Of a DNA stretch of 45,266 nt, positions 19,145 through 27,702 are shown piece by piece. The stretch spans positions 1 through 45,266 of the forward strand of contig JALHUR010000146.1 in NCBI GenBank assembly GCA_022867325.1, in the 5' to 3' direction. The translations under genes were made by a program, and so were the position numbers. The notes under the pieces were generated by a model. The model made no database searches, was not told where the DNA came from, and was given only the letters and a program-made list of their open reading frames with translations. The number at the start of each line of letters is the position of its first letter. The first letter of the stretch is position 1. The DNA comes from Candidatus Aminicenantes bacterium. Lineage in GTDB: Bacteria; Acidobacteriota; Aminicenantia; Aminicenantales; JAFGBC01.

Positions 19145-20010
19145 TTGAACCGATACACCCCCATTATCCCTTGAGGTCTTTTAAACATAAGGACTACAAG
19201 CAACAATCCATATATCATCTGTCTCATTGGCGCTGCAATTGAAGAAGGCATTCCCAAAAACCTCAGAAGTTCAGGGAAAACGACCAGAATTACCGCTCCC
19301 ACCATAGAGCCTGATATACTTCCCATTCCTCCAAAGATAACCATAAGAAGGATGGTAATGGATTCCATTACATTGAAACTTGATGGGTCAATAAAGGTTA
19401 TGTAATGGGCATAAAGACTTCCAGCAATACCGGCAAAGAATGCCCCGATAATGAAAACTAATAGTTTGTATTTAATTGTATTCTTCCCTAATGCCTGTGA
19501 GGCAATTTCATCTTCCCGGATAGACCTCAATATTCTGCCAAACGGAGAATTTACTATCCTGTTAATAATAAAAATAGTAATTACCACAAAAACCAAAACC
19601 AGTAATAGATAAGACCATATTTCTGACAATTGAAAACCGGCAATTGAAAACCCTGGTATTCCAGGCAGTCCCATTGGTCCTCTTGTAAGGGATACCCAGT
19701 TCTTGGCAATGGAATACACAATAACCCCCAAACCGAATGTTGCCAGAGCAAGATAATCCCCTTTTAACCGCACTGCTGGATAGCCTATTACAATGCCTGA
19801 GAATGCTGCCACACAGGCTCCAATTAACAATCCTATCCAGGGAGATAAACCTATATTCAATGCGAGCAGGCTTGAGGTATATGCCCCAATACAAGAAAAG
19901 GCTGCATGACCCAGTGTTGGTAGTCCAGTATAGCCCACAATGAGATTAAGGCTCAAGGCAAGGATTATGTATATCCCAGCAATAACAAGTATATGTAAAA
20001 GATATTCCAT
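19141..20010 (-). CDS. livM: ABC transporter permease (LivM type)
   Basis: 289 aa polytopic membrane protein with the LivM-like block [11 protein letters not shown]. It overlaps livG by 4 nt. Confidence 0.85.
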   Translation of the reverse strand: MEYLLHILVIAGIYIILALSLNLIVGYTGLPTLGHAAFSCIGAYTSSLLALNIGLSPWIGLLIGACVAAFSGIVIGYPAVRLKGDYLALATFGLGVIVYSIAKNWVSLTRGPMGLPGIPGFSIAGFQLSEIWSYLLLVLVFVVITIFIINRIVNSPFGRILRSIREDEIASQALGKNTIKYKLLVFIIGAFFAGIAGSLYAHYITFIDPSSFNVMESITILLMVIFGGMGSISGSMVGAVILVVFPELLRFLGMPSSIAAPMRQMIYGLLLVVLMFKRPQGIMGVYRFK

Positions 20011-20014
20011 GTCT

Positions 20015-20911
20015 TTAAATTGTCTCCTTTTCTGTCTTAGTACCCAGGAAACCCGATGGTCTTATCAAAAGAAAAATTATGAGAATTACAAAAGCAATAC
20101 AATCCTTCCATCCGGCTGATATCTTCCAGATACCAAGATTCTCAGCTAATCCCAGAAAGAATCCACCGAGCACTGCACCTGGAATACTGCCGATACCACC
20201 AATAATAGAGGCAATAATTCCCTTTAAGAGAGCACTAAATCCCATAGTGGGCTCAATATTGGTCTCAAAAGAAATAAGTATCCCAGCAGCACCAGCTAAT
20301 GCAGAGCCTATTGCAAATGAAGTTAAAATTATCTTTTCTGGATTTATGCCAACAATATTTGCTGCTATGGGATCATCAGACACAGCCCTCATTGCTTTGC
20401 CTAGTTTTGCTTTCTGGATAAAGAGCCAGAGCAGTATCATAAGAATGATCGAGACTGCTAAAATCAAAATCTGGATATCAGTAATCACTGCACCAAGAAA
20501 ATGATGTCCTTCCCTGACAGGTCCTGTTCTTATTGTAAGGATCTGTGCCCCATAGATAAGTTGAATTAGATTTTGAAGGAAGATAAAGACACCAAACGAT
20601 GCGAGGAGAAAAATCATGTTAGATGCATTTTGTCGGCGAAGGGGATAATAGACAAATCTATCTATCCCAATGCCGAGGAGGGCAGAAAGGGCAATGGATA
20701 AAAAAAAGGAAAGTGGGAAATTGAGGTGTAATAAGAAAATTAGGGTATAAGCAAAATATGCCCCTGCTGTATAGACCACACCATGAGCGAAGTGAAAGAA
20801 CTTTACTGTGCGGTAGATAACGGTGAAGCCTATAGCAATAAGGGCATAGATACTGCCTGCAATTATTCCGTTTAGTATGAGTTGCTCAAGCAATTTATTC
20901 CTCCCTAGCAA
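20015..20911 (-). CDS. livH: ABC transporter permease (LivH type)
   Basis: Polytopic membrane protein with N-terminus LEQLILNGIIAGSIYALIAIG. The probable true start is the TTG at 20893, preceded by GGGAGG and a 6-nt spacer. The track start at 20911 is also a TTG. Confidence 0.85.
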   Translation of the reverse strand: MLGRNKLLEQLILNGIIAGSIYALIAIGFTVIYRTVKFFHFAHGVVYTAGAYFAYTLIFLLHLNFPLSFFLSIALSALLGIGIDRFVYYPLRRQNASNMIFLLASFGVFIFLQNLIQLIYGAQILTIRTGPVREGHHFLGAVITDIQILILAVSIILMILLWLFIQKAKLGKAMRAVSDDPIAANIVGINPEKIILTSFAIGSALAGAAGILISFETNIEPTMGFSALLKGIIASIIGGIGSIPGAVLGGFFLGLAENLGIWKISAGWKDCIAFVILIIFLLIRPSGFLGTKTEKETI

Positions 20912-20996
20912 ACTAATAACTTATAAATTGATGACTAATACGAGTCATTGCAATGAGACCACAGATGATACCAGGAATAACACCATCAAAGACAAG

Positions 20997-22742
20997 TCAG
21001 TTGGCAACGTCTCGATACACTATTCGGATTTGCCCCCGCTCATGCAATTCAAAGAAACTCTTGATTGGTAGAATATGGAATTTTTGTGTTTCAAGAGCTT
21101 GCGGCATTTTCAAATTCTTTTCCATCTCATCTGTCGCGCTTTTAAGTAATCTAGAGTATAATGAATAGCTATCCACGCGTCGCTTGGCTTGTCCTCCGAA
21201 ACGAACATTGAAAACATCGTCATAATAGAAGGTATAAAAGGGTTCTTTCTTATCCCAATCTACCTCGTAATTAAACCACTTTTCATACTGCAATATATTT
21301 ATTCCCTGCTTTGCGCAATTAAAAATGATCCAGTTACTCGAAAGTTCCTCTATTTTAATCTCAACAGGGTTACCGCGCCCAGCTAACATTGAGAGATAGC
21401 TGCACAGTTCTTTAGTGTCACTTGGAACAAAGACGGTATACACTTTGTAATTATCAGGTGTATCAATAAAATTATGCATAAGAAAATTAACAACTTCATT
21501 GTAATCCTTTTCTTGATTAGTTTTTCTATCTTTCCATCTCTTTCCTATGATTTCTATTATGTTTTTGTTACCCTCCCATTTCTGGTCAGCAGATATATAA
21601 ATATACCTATGAACCTTTAGCCTACTATCTCCCGATTGACGTTCTTTAGCTTGTTTTTTCAATTCATTAGCCCAGTCTAAAATACTATCGCTCGTAATTA
21701 AGCTCAACTCAGACCACATTGTTAGCGGCCAATTTGCTATTATCTCATCTGAAACTGGCAAAATCTCGCGTGAAAAGATTCTGAATTCTCTATCCATTTC
21801 GCTTTTTATTTCCTCAAATCTGTGAGTACCCATCTTTAAAGGCTCAACGAACCATAATTCGGAATGCGTAGCTGAAAAGCTATATCCACTGTCCCTTATT
21901 GATTCTACAACTTTTTGAGACAAAGATGGCAAGATAGTAGAGAAATATTCAATCTTTTTTGCATAATCTGGATGCATTAAAATGCAATTGTCTAACAACT
22001 CCTCCCGAAATTTCTTTATTTCATTTTGTCTTAACCTCCCTTCGGTCGGGATGATAATGCATTTCGACATAAACGAGAAGATGATTTTGTTAGAAAAAAC
22101 AATAATGGGGTCAAATATCTGAGGGAGATGATGTATGTAGAAATAGGAATTACTGCATTGGCGAATCATACGGGCTAACTCCTCTTTTCGAGGAAAGGGC
22201 AGTTCTGTATCAATAACGAGCAAGGGTATATTTTCATAGCCCGACTTTGTACGCAGGAGAGATTCTAGAGAAAAGGGAGTACCATTTTCTTTAAAACTGC
22301 CCAATGCAATCACAGGCTCAGCAGGCTTTTGACCAGCAAATGCTTTCTTCAGATTATCTTCGATAGTGCCTAAGTCTTCAAAAGCTATGATAATAAAGTT
22401 CTCGCCGCTTGTCTTATAATCACGGAGATTTCTTTCGGCAGCTTCAGCCTTTTCTTTGTGTTCCTGCTCTCTCTTTAGAAACGCACGCCGTTCGCCTTCT
22501 AGAGAACTCCGTTCAAATTCCCATTTTCTTTTAAGTTTAAACCCTTTCCATAGCTTCACTAAAGCCCCAAGGGACAGGGACCACACTACCCCTACAATTA
22601 TTTGGGTCAGCAGAAGGCGGTCTTTCGCAAAGTCCGGGAAAAATATCCCAGATATTATCTCGAACAAAACACCGATTGTGGCAAGTATCCACATAATCCA
22701 CGTCTGTCGTGAAGGCTTTTGGTTCGCATAGTCGTTGTTCAT
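20997..22742 (-). CDS. Membrane-anchored protein of unknown function (581 aa)
   Basis: The ATG at 22742 is preceded by GGAGG and a 5-nt spacer (the track start at 22748 is GTG). It has two N-terminal hydrophobic helices (WIMWILATIGVLFEIISGIFF; IIVGVVWSLSLGALV), a charged coiled-coil-like stretch, then about 450 aa with no motif I recognise. Confidence 0.7.
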   Translation of the reverse strand: MNNDYANQKPSRQTWIMWILATIGVLFEIISGIFFPDFAKDRLLLTQIIVGVVWSLSLGALVKLWKGFKLKRKWEFERSSLEGERRAFLKREQEHKEKAEAAERNLRDYKTSGENFIIIAFEDLGTIEDNLKKAFAGQKPAEPVIALGSFKENGTPFSLESLLRTKSGYENIPLLVIDTELPFPRKEELARMIRQCSNSYFYIHHLPQIFDPIIVFSNKIIFSFMSKCIIIPTEGRLRQNEIKKFREELLDNCILMHPDYAKKIEYFSTILPSLSQKVVESIRDSGYSFSATHSELWFVEPLKMGTHRFEEIKSEMDREFRIFSREILPVSDEIIANWPLTMWSELSLITSDSILDWANELKKQAKERQSGDSRLKVHRYIYISADQKWEGNKNIIEIIGKRWKDRKTNQEKDYNEVVNFLMHNFIDTPDNYKVYTVFVPSDTKELCSYLSMLAGRGNPVEIKIEELSSNWIIFNCAKQGINILQYEKWFNYEVDWDKKEPFYTFYYDDVFNVRFGGQAKRRVDSYSLYSRLLKSATDEMEKNLKMPQALETQKFHILPIKSFFELHERGQIRIVYRDVAN

Positions 22743-22776
22743 ACACACCTCCTCTTAATCACAAAAGTATATTCGT

Positions 22777-23832
22777 CTATGACCCCACAATCCCTTCGTT
22801 TCGCTTCGGAAAGCACAATCCGGCCCACCGAAGCTCCCCATACTTTTTATTCTTTGTTTCGCTGCACGCTCGCCAAAGCTCTGCCAACGAAAAATCTCGA
22901 ACATTCCCTACCGTCTCATCCGCTTCACAGACCTTTACATTTCCTATGTCATCCATATACATGCCTGTTCGCGAAATATCGCAGGGCAACCCTCCCGGAA
23001 AATCTGAAGGTTCTGACAATCTAATTCCTTTTCGCTCCCTTAATTCAATGAGTTTTTGTGTTAGAGATTGGATCTCACAAGGCTTTGGCGAATAATTGGC
23101 TCTTGCTATAGGGTTCTTCATTTTGCCGAGGGGCATTAGGGGACATACAAGAGGATAGATGTTGTGATCCAGTGCGAAGTCAAAAACAGAAGGGACTTCG
23201 TCATAAGTTTCTTTTAGTAGAACGATAGCAAAACCCAACCTCGATGGAAAATGTTTGTTGAAACCACATGAAAGCAAACGTTCTAGCGCTCTATCTCTTA
23301 AGATAGAATATCCTTTGCGCTGTACGACCTCATCCTTCTCATACTTTATCATTACTGTTACGCCAATATCGTATAACTTTTGCACAATTTCATCGCAGGA
23401 GAGTCGATGAGCCTTTTGTGCGAGTTCCTCCGAACCTAATGTGTCCCCACAAGTAAAAAGAATCGGTATCATTCCTAACTTCCGAATCGTGGCCAGAAGG
23501 AATAGTATGTCCTTTCTAAGCATCGGTTCACCCTCTCCCAGGATCTTAATACTCTTCCCCCCCAACGCTGCGAACTCTTCAAAAACACGAAGTACTTCCT
23601 GCTGTCTTAATTTGCCTTTCTTGTTCACATACAGAAAACCACAGTAGGTGCAATTATTCAAGCAACGACCGGGTAAAGCGCAATCCATTGTCAAAGGAGT
23701 ATTTTTGCGGCGGGCTTCTAGGATTTCATCTTTTGGAAATGTCCCGCCGTTGTATCCGAAAACTGTCTGCGGAAGTTGGATTGCAGTTTTACTTCCCCGA
23801 GCAGTACAAATGCGGTTGGCCTTTTCACTCAT
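22777..23832 (-). CDS. Radical SAM enzyme with SPASM/twitch-like C-terminal region
   Basis: CX3CX2C motif CLNNCTYC; GEGEPML (GGE-like SAM motif); C-terminal GNVKVCEADETVGNVRDFSLAELW. The probable start is the ATG at 23832, which overlaps the upstream stop (ATGAGTGA). The track start at 23907 would overlap the binding-protein gene by 83 nt. Confidence 0.8.
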   Translation of the reverse strand: MSEKANRICTARGSKTAIQLPQTVFGYNGGTFPKDEILEARRKNTPLTMDCALPGRCLNNCTYCGFLYVNKKGKLRQQEVLRVFEEFAALGGKSIKILGEGEPMLRKDILFLLATIRKLGMIPILFTCGDTLGSEELAQKAHRLSCDEIVQKLYDIGVTVMIKYEKDEVVQRKGYSILRDRALERLLSCGFNKHFPSRLGFAIVLLKETYDEVPSVFDFALDHNIYPLVCPLMPLGKMKNPIARANYSPKPCEIQSLTQKLIELRERKGIRLSEPSDFPGGLPCDISRTGMYMDDIGNVKVCEADETVGNVRDFSLAELWRACSETKNKKYGELRWAGLCFPKRNEGIVGS

Positions 23833-24964
23833 ACAGCACAAGCTTCCCTTGCTCATTGAAAGTGTAAAAGTAGAAGCGTCTCCCAGTTGTCTGCCCATTC
23901 TGGTCAAACTTGATCTCTCCTGTCACCCCTTGGACGACAAATCCTGGATCACGCAGAGCTTGGATGATCTTTTCGTGGTCTAACGATTTTGCTCTATTTA
24001 TACCCTCGGCTAGCACAAGAATTGCATCGTAACCATAGGGAGCGAAGGGTGGAATGGGACCATAGCGCGCCTTATATTTTTGTACGAATTCTTTTGCAGT
24101 TGGGACAGCCTCCCAAGGAGGTGATAGGAAGCTGATATAAACATTTCTACAATTTGTCCCTGCTAGTTTTTTGAAATGCTCGTCAAAACAGCCGTCTCCA
24201 AAAACAAATACTATTTTCAGCCCCAGTTCCTCTGCCTGTCTCACTAGTATTGATCCCTCGGGCATCATACCGCCATAAAATATTGCTTCTGGTTTATAGC
24301 TCTTTGCCATTAACAACACACCACGATAATCTCTTTCTCCAGGGATCAACGCCTCAGAAAGCAGAACATTACCTCCCAAAGATTCAAAATGTTCCTTAAC
24401 TTGCGTGGCTATTCCCTTGCCATAGGATGCGTTATCATGAATTATCACTATCGAGTGATCCTTGAGACGATTAAATATAAATTCCGCCCCTGAAATTCCC
24501 TGCATATTATCGGTCGGGGCAAATCTAAAAACGTTCTCAAAGCCCTGCTGGGTAAGAATGGGGTTGGTTGGAGATGTAGCAACGTAGGGCATCTTGCGGC
24601 TGTGGAAGATTTTTGAGGCAGGGATTGCGTTGCCGCTATTGGGATATCCTATTACACCTATAATGTCGTTTCGGGATGTAAACAGATGAGCAATGTTTAC
24701 TGCGTCCGCAGGCTGGGCCTTGTCATCCTGCGCTAAAAGAGTAACTTTCTTCCCAAGAAGTCCACCCTTATTGTTAATATCCTCGACGGCCAACTCTGCG
24801 GCTCTCCTTTGAGGTTCCCCATAGACCGCACCTTCTCCAGTCAACGGCAAAATAACCCCAATTTTTATCTCCTTCGGCTCATTCTTTGTCTGAGTGACAA
24901 TGAGCAGGATGGCTAAAGCCACAACTACCACGATACCGATTCCAATCCAAATGTTTCGTTTCAT
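23825..24964 (-). CDS. ABC transporter substrate-binding protein (LivK/Peripla_BP_6 type), N-terminal membrane anchor
   Basis: 379 aa. N-terminal hydrophobic helix IWIGIGIVVVVALAILLIV with no lipobox Cys, then KIGVILPLTGEGAVYGEPQRRAAELAVEDINNKGGLLGKKV. AGGAGG lies 9 nt upstream of the ATG. Confidence 0.85.
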   Translation of the reverse strand: MKRNIWIGIGIVVVVALAILLIVTQTKNEPKEIKIGVILPLTGEGAVYGEPQRRAAELAVEDINNKGGLLGKKVTLLAQDDKAQPADAVNIAHLFTSRNDIIGVIGYPNSGNAIPASKIFHSRKMPYVATSPTNPILTQQGFENVFRFAPTDNMQGISGAEFIFNRLKDHSIVIIHDNASYGKGIATQVKEHFESLGGNVLLSEALIPGERDYRGVLLMAKSYKPEAIFYGGMMPEGSILVRQAEELGLKIVFVFGDGCFDEHFKKLAGTNCRNVYISFLSPPWEAVPTAKEFVQKYKARYGPIPPFAPYGYDAILVLAEGINRAKSLDHEKIIQALRDPGFVVQGVTGEIKFDQNGQTTGRRFYFYTFNEQGKLVLYE

Positions 24965-24992
24965 AATTCACTACCTCCTTTCCTCAAAAATT

Positions 24993-25021
24993 TTTCTAGC
25001 CTCTCGTTGTCCCTTTGTCAA
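24993..25021 (-). promoter_or_regulatory. Sigma70-type promoter of the binding-protein/rSAM/ABC operon
   Basis: On the minus strand: TTGACA (25021-25016), a 17-nt spacer, then TAGAAA (24998-24993). This lies about 30 nt upstream of the ATG at 24964. Confidence 0.45.
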
Positions 25022-25070
25022 TTTTTTTATTTATCCCTCTCTCTTCTAAACCAATATCGCCAGCAATTTC

Positions 25071-25149
25071 ATCTAACGGTCTCGGGCTATACGAAGTCGG
25101 CGTAAGCCGATTTTGGCGAACGAAGTGAGCCGTATAGCCCGTGTTAGGC
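25071..25149 (+). other. Integron attC-like recombination site 2 (79 nt)
   Basis: R'' ATCTAAC (25071-25077); 5-nt spacer; outer stem cgggctatacg (25083-25093) pairing with cgtatagcccg (25131-25141). The inner hairpin is tcggc-gtaa-gccga, and a second, imperfect hairpin is ggcgaac-gaa-gtgagcc. One t follows, then R' GTTAGGC (25143-25149). R'' is the exact complement of the TTAGAT that follows the G of site 1. Confidence 0.62.
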
Positions 25150-25195
25150 GATGGGGCGACACACGCAAATGAATCATATGGTTTATTCATCCCAG

Positions 25196-26176
25196 TCATT
25201 TCATCTCCTTTTCTTTCAAAATTTCTTTTTCTAAATCCCGGAGAGATATTTTTTGGCCGTTTTCGTATATAAAAGTGTATCCGTTTTTATTTTCATCTTC
25301 TACCATGGTTAATTTATAAAACATATCTCTACTCAACTCGTATAATTTCTTAAAATCTGCTATAGTTTTGTATGCACCACACCAACATTCTGTTGAGGTT
25401 CCTAAAGAATGTAGAAGAGTTTTTGGTATGCCGTTATTATTGATATAGGCTATTACATCATCATCTGGCCAATAAAAAATTGGACTGACAGAGAGACACT
25501 TGAAACTTGGGTGATACCATATCGGCATGTATTGTTTTCTTACATTAGATTCCGCTGCCCTTATTCCATCAAAAACAACTTTCTGCTCTTTTATGCTATC
25601 TAAATATTCCTTAATAGGCTTGATTTTTAATTCTCTGCAACACCATCTATACTTAAAACTTGGGATACCCCATTCTTTTGCTAAAGTAAAGTAATCTACT
25701 TTTGGTCTCACTATTTTGAGATTAACTTCTAAATATTTGCAGACTTTTTTTACGTATTTTGTATTTTCAGGGAGCCCGGCTGTTGTATCCACATAAATCG
25801 CAGTTAAATCATTACCATCTTTTTTTGCAAAGTCTTTTAAATAAACTAGAGTAGCAAGACTATCCTTTCCTCCGCTAAATAGAATAAATGATTTTCTGCT
25901 TTTTAAAAGCCTTTTAATATCACTCTCCAATATAGAGACTTTATCGCGTATATTATTGGATTGTTCTTGATCAAGCTCACATACTTCTCTTACTTTCTCC
26001 CGTTTAATATGCAGAATGTAAATAGGTTTCAATGTCGGGCCTTTAATCCACCTAGTAATAATCAAACCTTTTTCTTTGCATTTGGGGCAATTAACGTTAA
26101 GACTTTTCAAATTAATTCCCGCAAAGGCTTCTTCAATTGGTGCCCACCACTTATTATTTGAATTAGAGCTATCCAT
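25196..26176 (-). CDS. PAPS reductase-family PP-loop ATP pyrophosphatase (DndC/IbrA-like) with an N-terminal Cys-containing extension
   Basis: 326 aa. PP-loop FILFSGGKDS; family signature RWCCRELKIKP; C-terminal ECWCGAY; N-terminal CPKCKEKG. The start overlaps the upstream gene by 8 nt. Confidence 0.8.
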   Translation of the reverse strand: MDSSNSNNKWWAPIEEAFAGINLKSLNVNCPKCKEKGLIITRWIKGPTLKPIYILHIKREKVREVCELDQEQSNNIRDKVSILESDIKRLLKSRKSFILFSGGKDSLATLVYLKDFAKKDGNDLTAIYVDTTAGLPENTKYVKKVCKYLEVNLKIVRPKVDYFTLAKEWGIPSFKYRWCCRELKIKPIKEYLDSIKEQKVVFDGIRAAESNVRKQYMPIWYHPSFKCLSVSPIFYWPDDDVIAYINNNGIPKTLLHSLGTSTECWCGAYKTIADFKKLYELSRDMFYKLTMVEDENKNGYTFIYENGQKISLRDLEKEILKEKEMK

Positions 26177-27125
26177 TTATTGCCTCCACAGTTCCTATCA
26201 ACCTTAATCCTCTTTCTCTGAAGTCTGTAAAAGGAACCGGAGAAAAGATTTTTTCACCCTCATATGTTGGTGAAAGTTGAGAAGCTAAACTCTGTTGAAT
26301 TAAACAGTCCTCTATTGAATCAACAGAAAGTTTCTCGTCAATTACTTTGAGATATTTATTGACTGTTTGATGCCGTTGTAATTTCTGTAATATCTCGGAT
26401 GTGCCTACATGTGTTCTATTGGTCTTTCGCATCGCCTCGTAAAATTTTACACCAAGGAAAGCACTTTTTTCAATTCGTAGTACTTCTTTTTGCCAGTATA
26501 TGACTACGTTGTCAACAGCTCTTTGAAAATTATCTAAAGAAGATGAGTTCCTGATACACTCCGAGATCTGATTTAATATTTTTCGAAGTTCTAAGTGCCT
26601 CATGGTGAATGCTAAAATAGAAGTTTCTAAAATTCTTGAGATATCTGAAATTTCAATTGGAATGAGTTTATATTCTTCTCTAGGATTACTTTTAATGGAT
26701 CTAAATGTATCTCTATGCATTGTGTTGCATATTAATAAGGCAAAAGTATCTCTTGGATTTATCTGTGACTGAGAGCAAAAATCTTCACAGTGTCTAATGG
26801 ACTGTGCAAATTCTTGTGACCATTGATTAGCTCCAGTTTTTAATGTTGCTTCTATTGTTAGGCAGAAGCCATAGCAATAAGCAATTGTGTCTGGTCCGCC
26901 CGCTGGGGCTCTAGAAATAGTAGGATTGATGTTGCCGCGCCAAGTTACACGATGAGAAATGGTAGGCTGGTCGTTATCAGTGCTGTAGAATGGTAAATGA
27001 AGGATATAAGCAAATGCCTCAGCAATTAGTTTCTCAAAATATGTTGATCGCAACGATTGCTGAAATTGCGCTAGATATTGGTCAAGGTTTTTTAAGGTTC
27101 TTAAAATTGTCCGGGAGGATGCCAT
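26169..27125 (-). CDS. Hypothetical protein (318 aa), possible PD-(D/E)xK-like nuclease fold
   Basis: FEKLIAEAF helix, then GGPDTIAYCYGFCLTIEATLKTGANQWSQE. This is a PD...E.T.K arrangement resembling, but not matching, the canonical D-(D/E)xK. No family recognised. Confidence 0.65.
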   Translation of the reverse strand: MASSRTILRTLKNLDQYLAQFQQSLRSTYFEKLIAEAFAYILHLPFYSTDNDQPTISHRVTWRGNINPTISRAPAGGPDTIAYCYGFCLTIEATLKTGANQWSQEFAQSIRHCEDFCSQSQINPRDTFALLICNTMHRDTFRSIKSNPREEYKLIPIEISDISRILETSILAFTMRHLELRKILNQISECIRNSSSLDNFQRAVDNVVIYWQKEVLRIEKSAFLGVKFYEAMRKTNRTHVGTSEILQKLQRHQTVNKYLKVIDEKLSVDSIEDCLIQQSLASQLSPTYEGEKIFSPVPFTDFRERGLRLIGTVEAING

Positions 27126-27135
27126 AACTACACCT

Positions 27136-27702
27136 TTATCTCTCCTCTTTTTTTGCTTTCTGTGTTAACCAATCCGCAACTATACCTTTTACCAGCTCTG
27201 CTGGCTTAATTTTCAAGGTTCTGGCATGTTTTATGATTGCTCGATACATTTCGTCATCAAAATCCATCACAAAAATATGTAGTCCCTTCGGCTTTGCTTC
27301 TAAAACTACTTTCTTTGCCTCTTTAATAGGTACATTAGCGCCCTTAACGAGCCGTTTTATATCCCTCACATCTTTTGATAATGAATTTATAAATGCCTCA
27401 GCTGCAGCAATCTGTTTGGATGGATCTTTAAGCACTGAAATCTCTCTTATAATATCAATACCATCTATTCTTCTATCCGAAACTAACTTCTGTATTTCCT
27501 CGGGTAGCTTTAAAGTTGTCAAAAATTCTCTTATCATTTCAGTAGAAAGTCCTACCTTCTCTGCTACGACTTTTTGTGAACCGTATAATCTAACAAGATA
27601 GTCAAAAGCGTTAGCAACAGTAATCAAATCATCTGGTCTTTTTTTTCTTTTTGTATTGGCAAACACTATAGCTAAGGCGGCTTCTTCATTTAGTTTTCTC
27701 AT
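27136..27702 (-). CDS. HTH protein, paralog of the ParB-like protein without the ParB N-domain; RHH-like C-terminus
   Basis: 188 aa. VAEKVGLSTEMIREFLTTLKLPEEIQKLVSDRRI aligns by eye with VAEHLGVSPQTVRNYLGYAAVPEPIKKMVDEGKL of the upstream gene. The C-terminus HIFVMDFDDEMYRAIIKHARTLKIKPAELVKGIVADWL parallels RVTIDLTPRVADALEQACQKYKSDAEDITMEALEDWL. There is an ATGA start/stop overlap with the upstream gene. Confidence 0.7.
   Translation of the reverse strand: MRKLNEEAALAIVFANTKRKKRPDDLITVANAFDYLVRLYGSQKVVAEKVGLSTEMIREFLTTLKLPEEIQKLVSDRRIDGIDIIREISVLKDPSKQIAAAEAFINSLSKDVRDIKRLVKGANVPIKEAKKVVLEAKPKGLHIFVMDFDDEMYRAIIKHARTLKIKPAELVKGIVADWLTQKAKKEER

Noticed and set aside
24996-25199. 67-aa minus-strand ORF between the PAPS-reductase-like gene and the binding-protein gene
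   Set aside because: It runs through the attC-like site 2 palindrome and the candidate promoter. It has no RBS, and its composition looks non-protein-like.
26857-26863. GTTAGGC inside the 318-aa gene, and ATCTAAC at 27588-27594 inside the 188-aa gene
   Set aside because: Both are isolated 7-mers within well-formed coding sequence with no flanking palindrome. They are expected by chance in AT-rich DNA.
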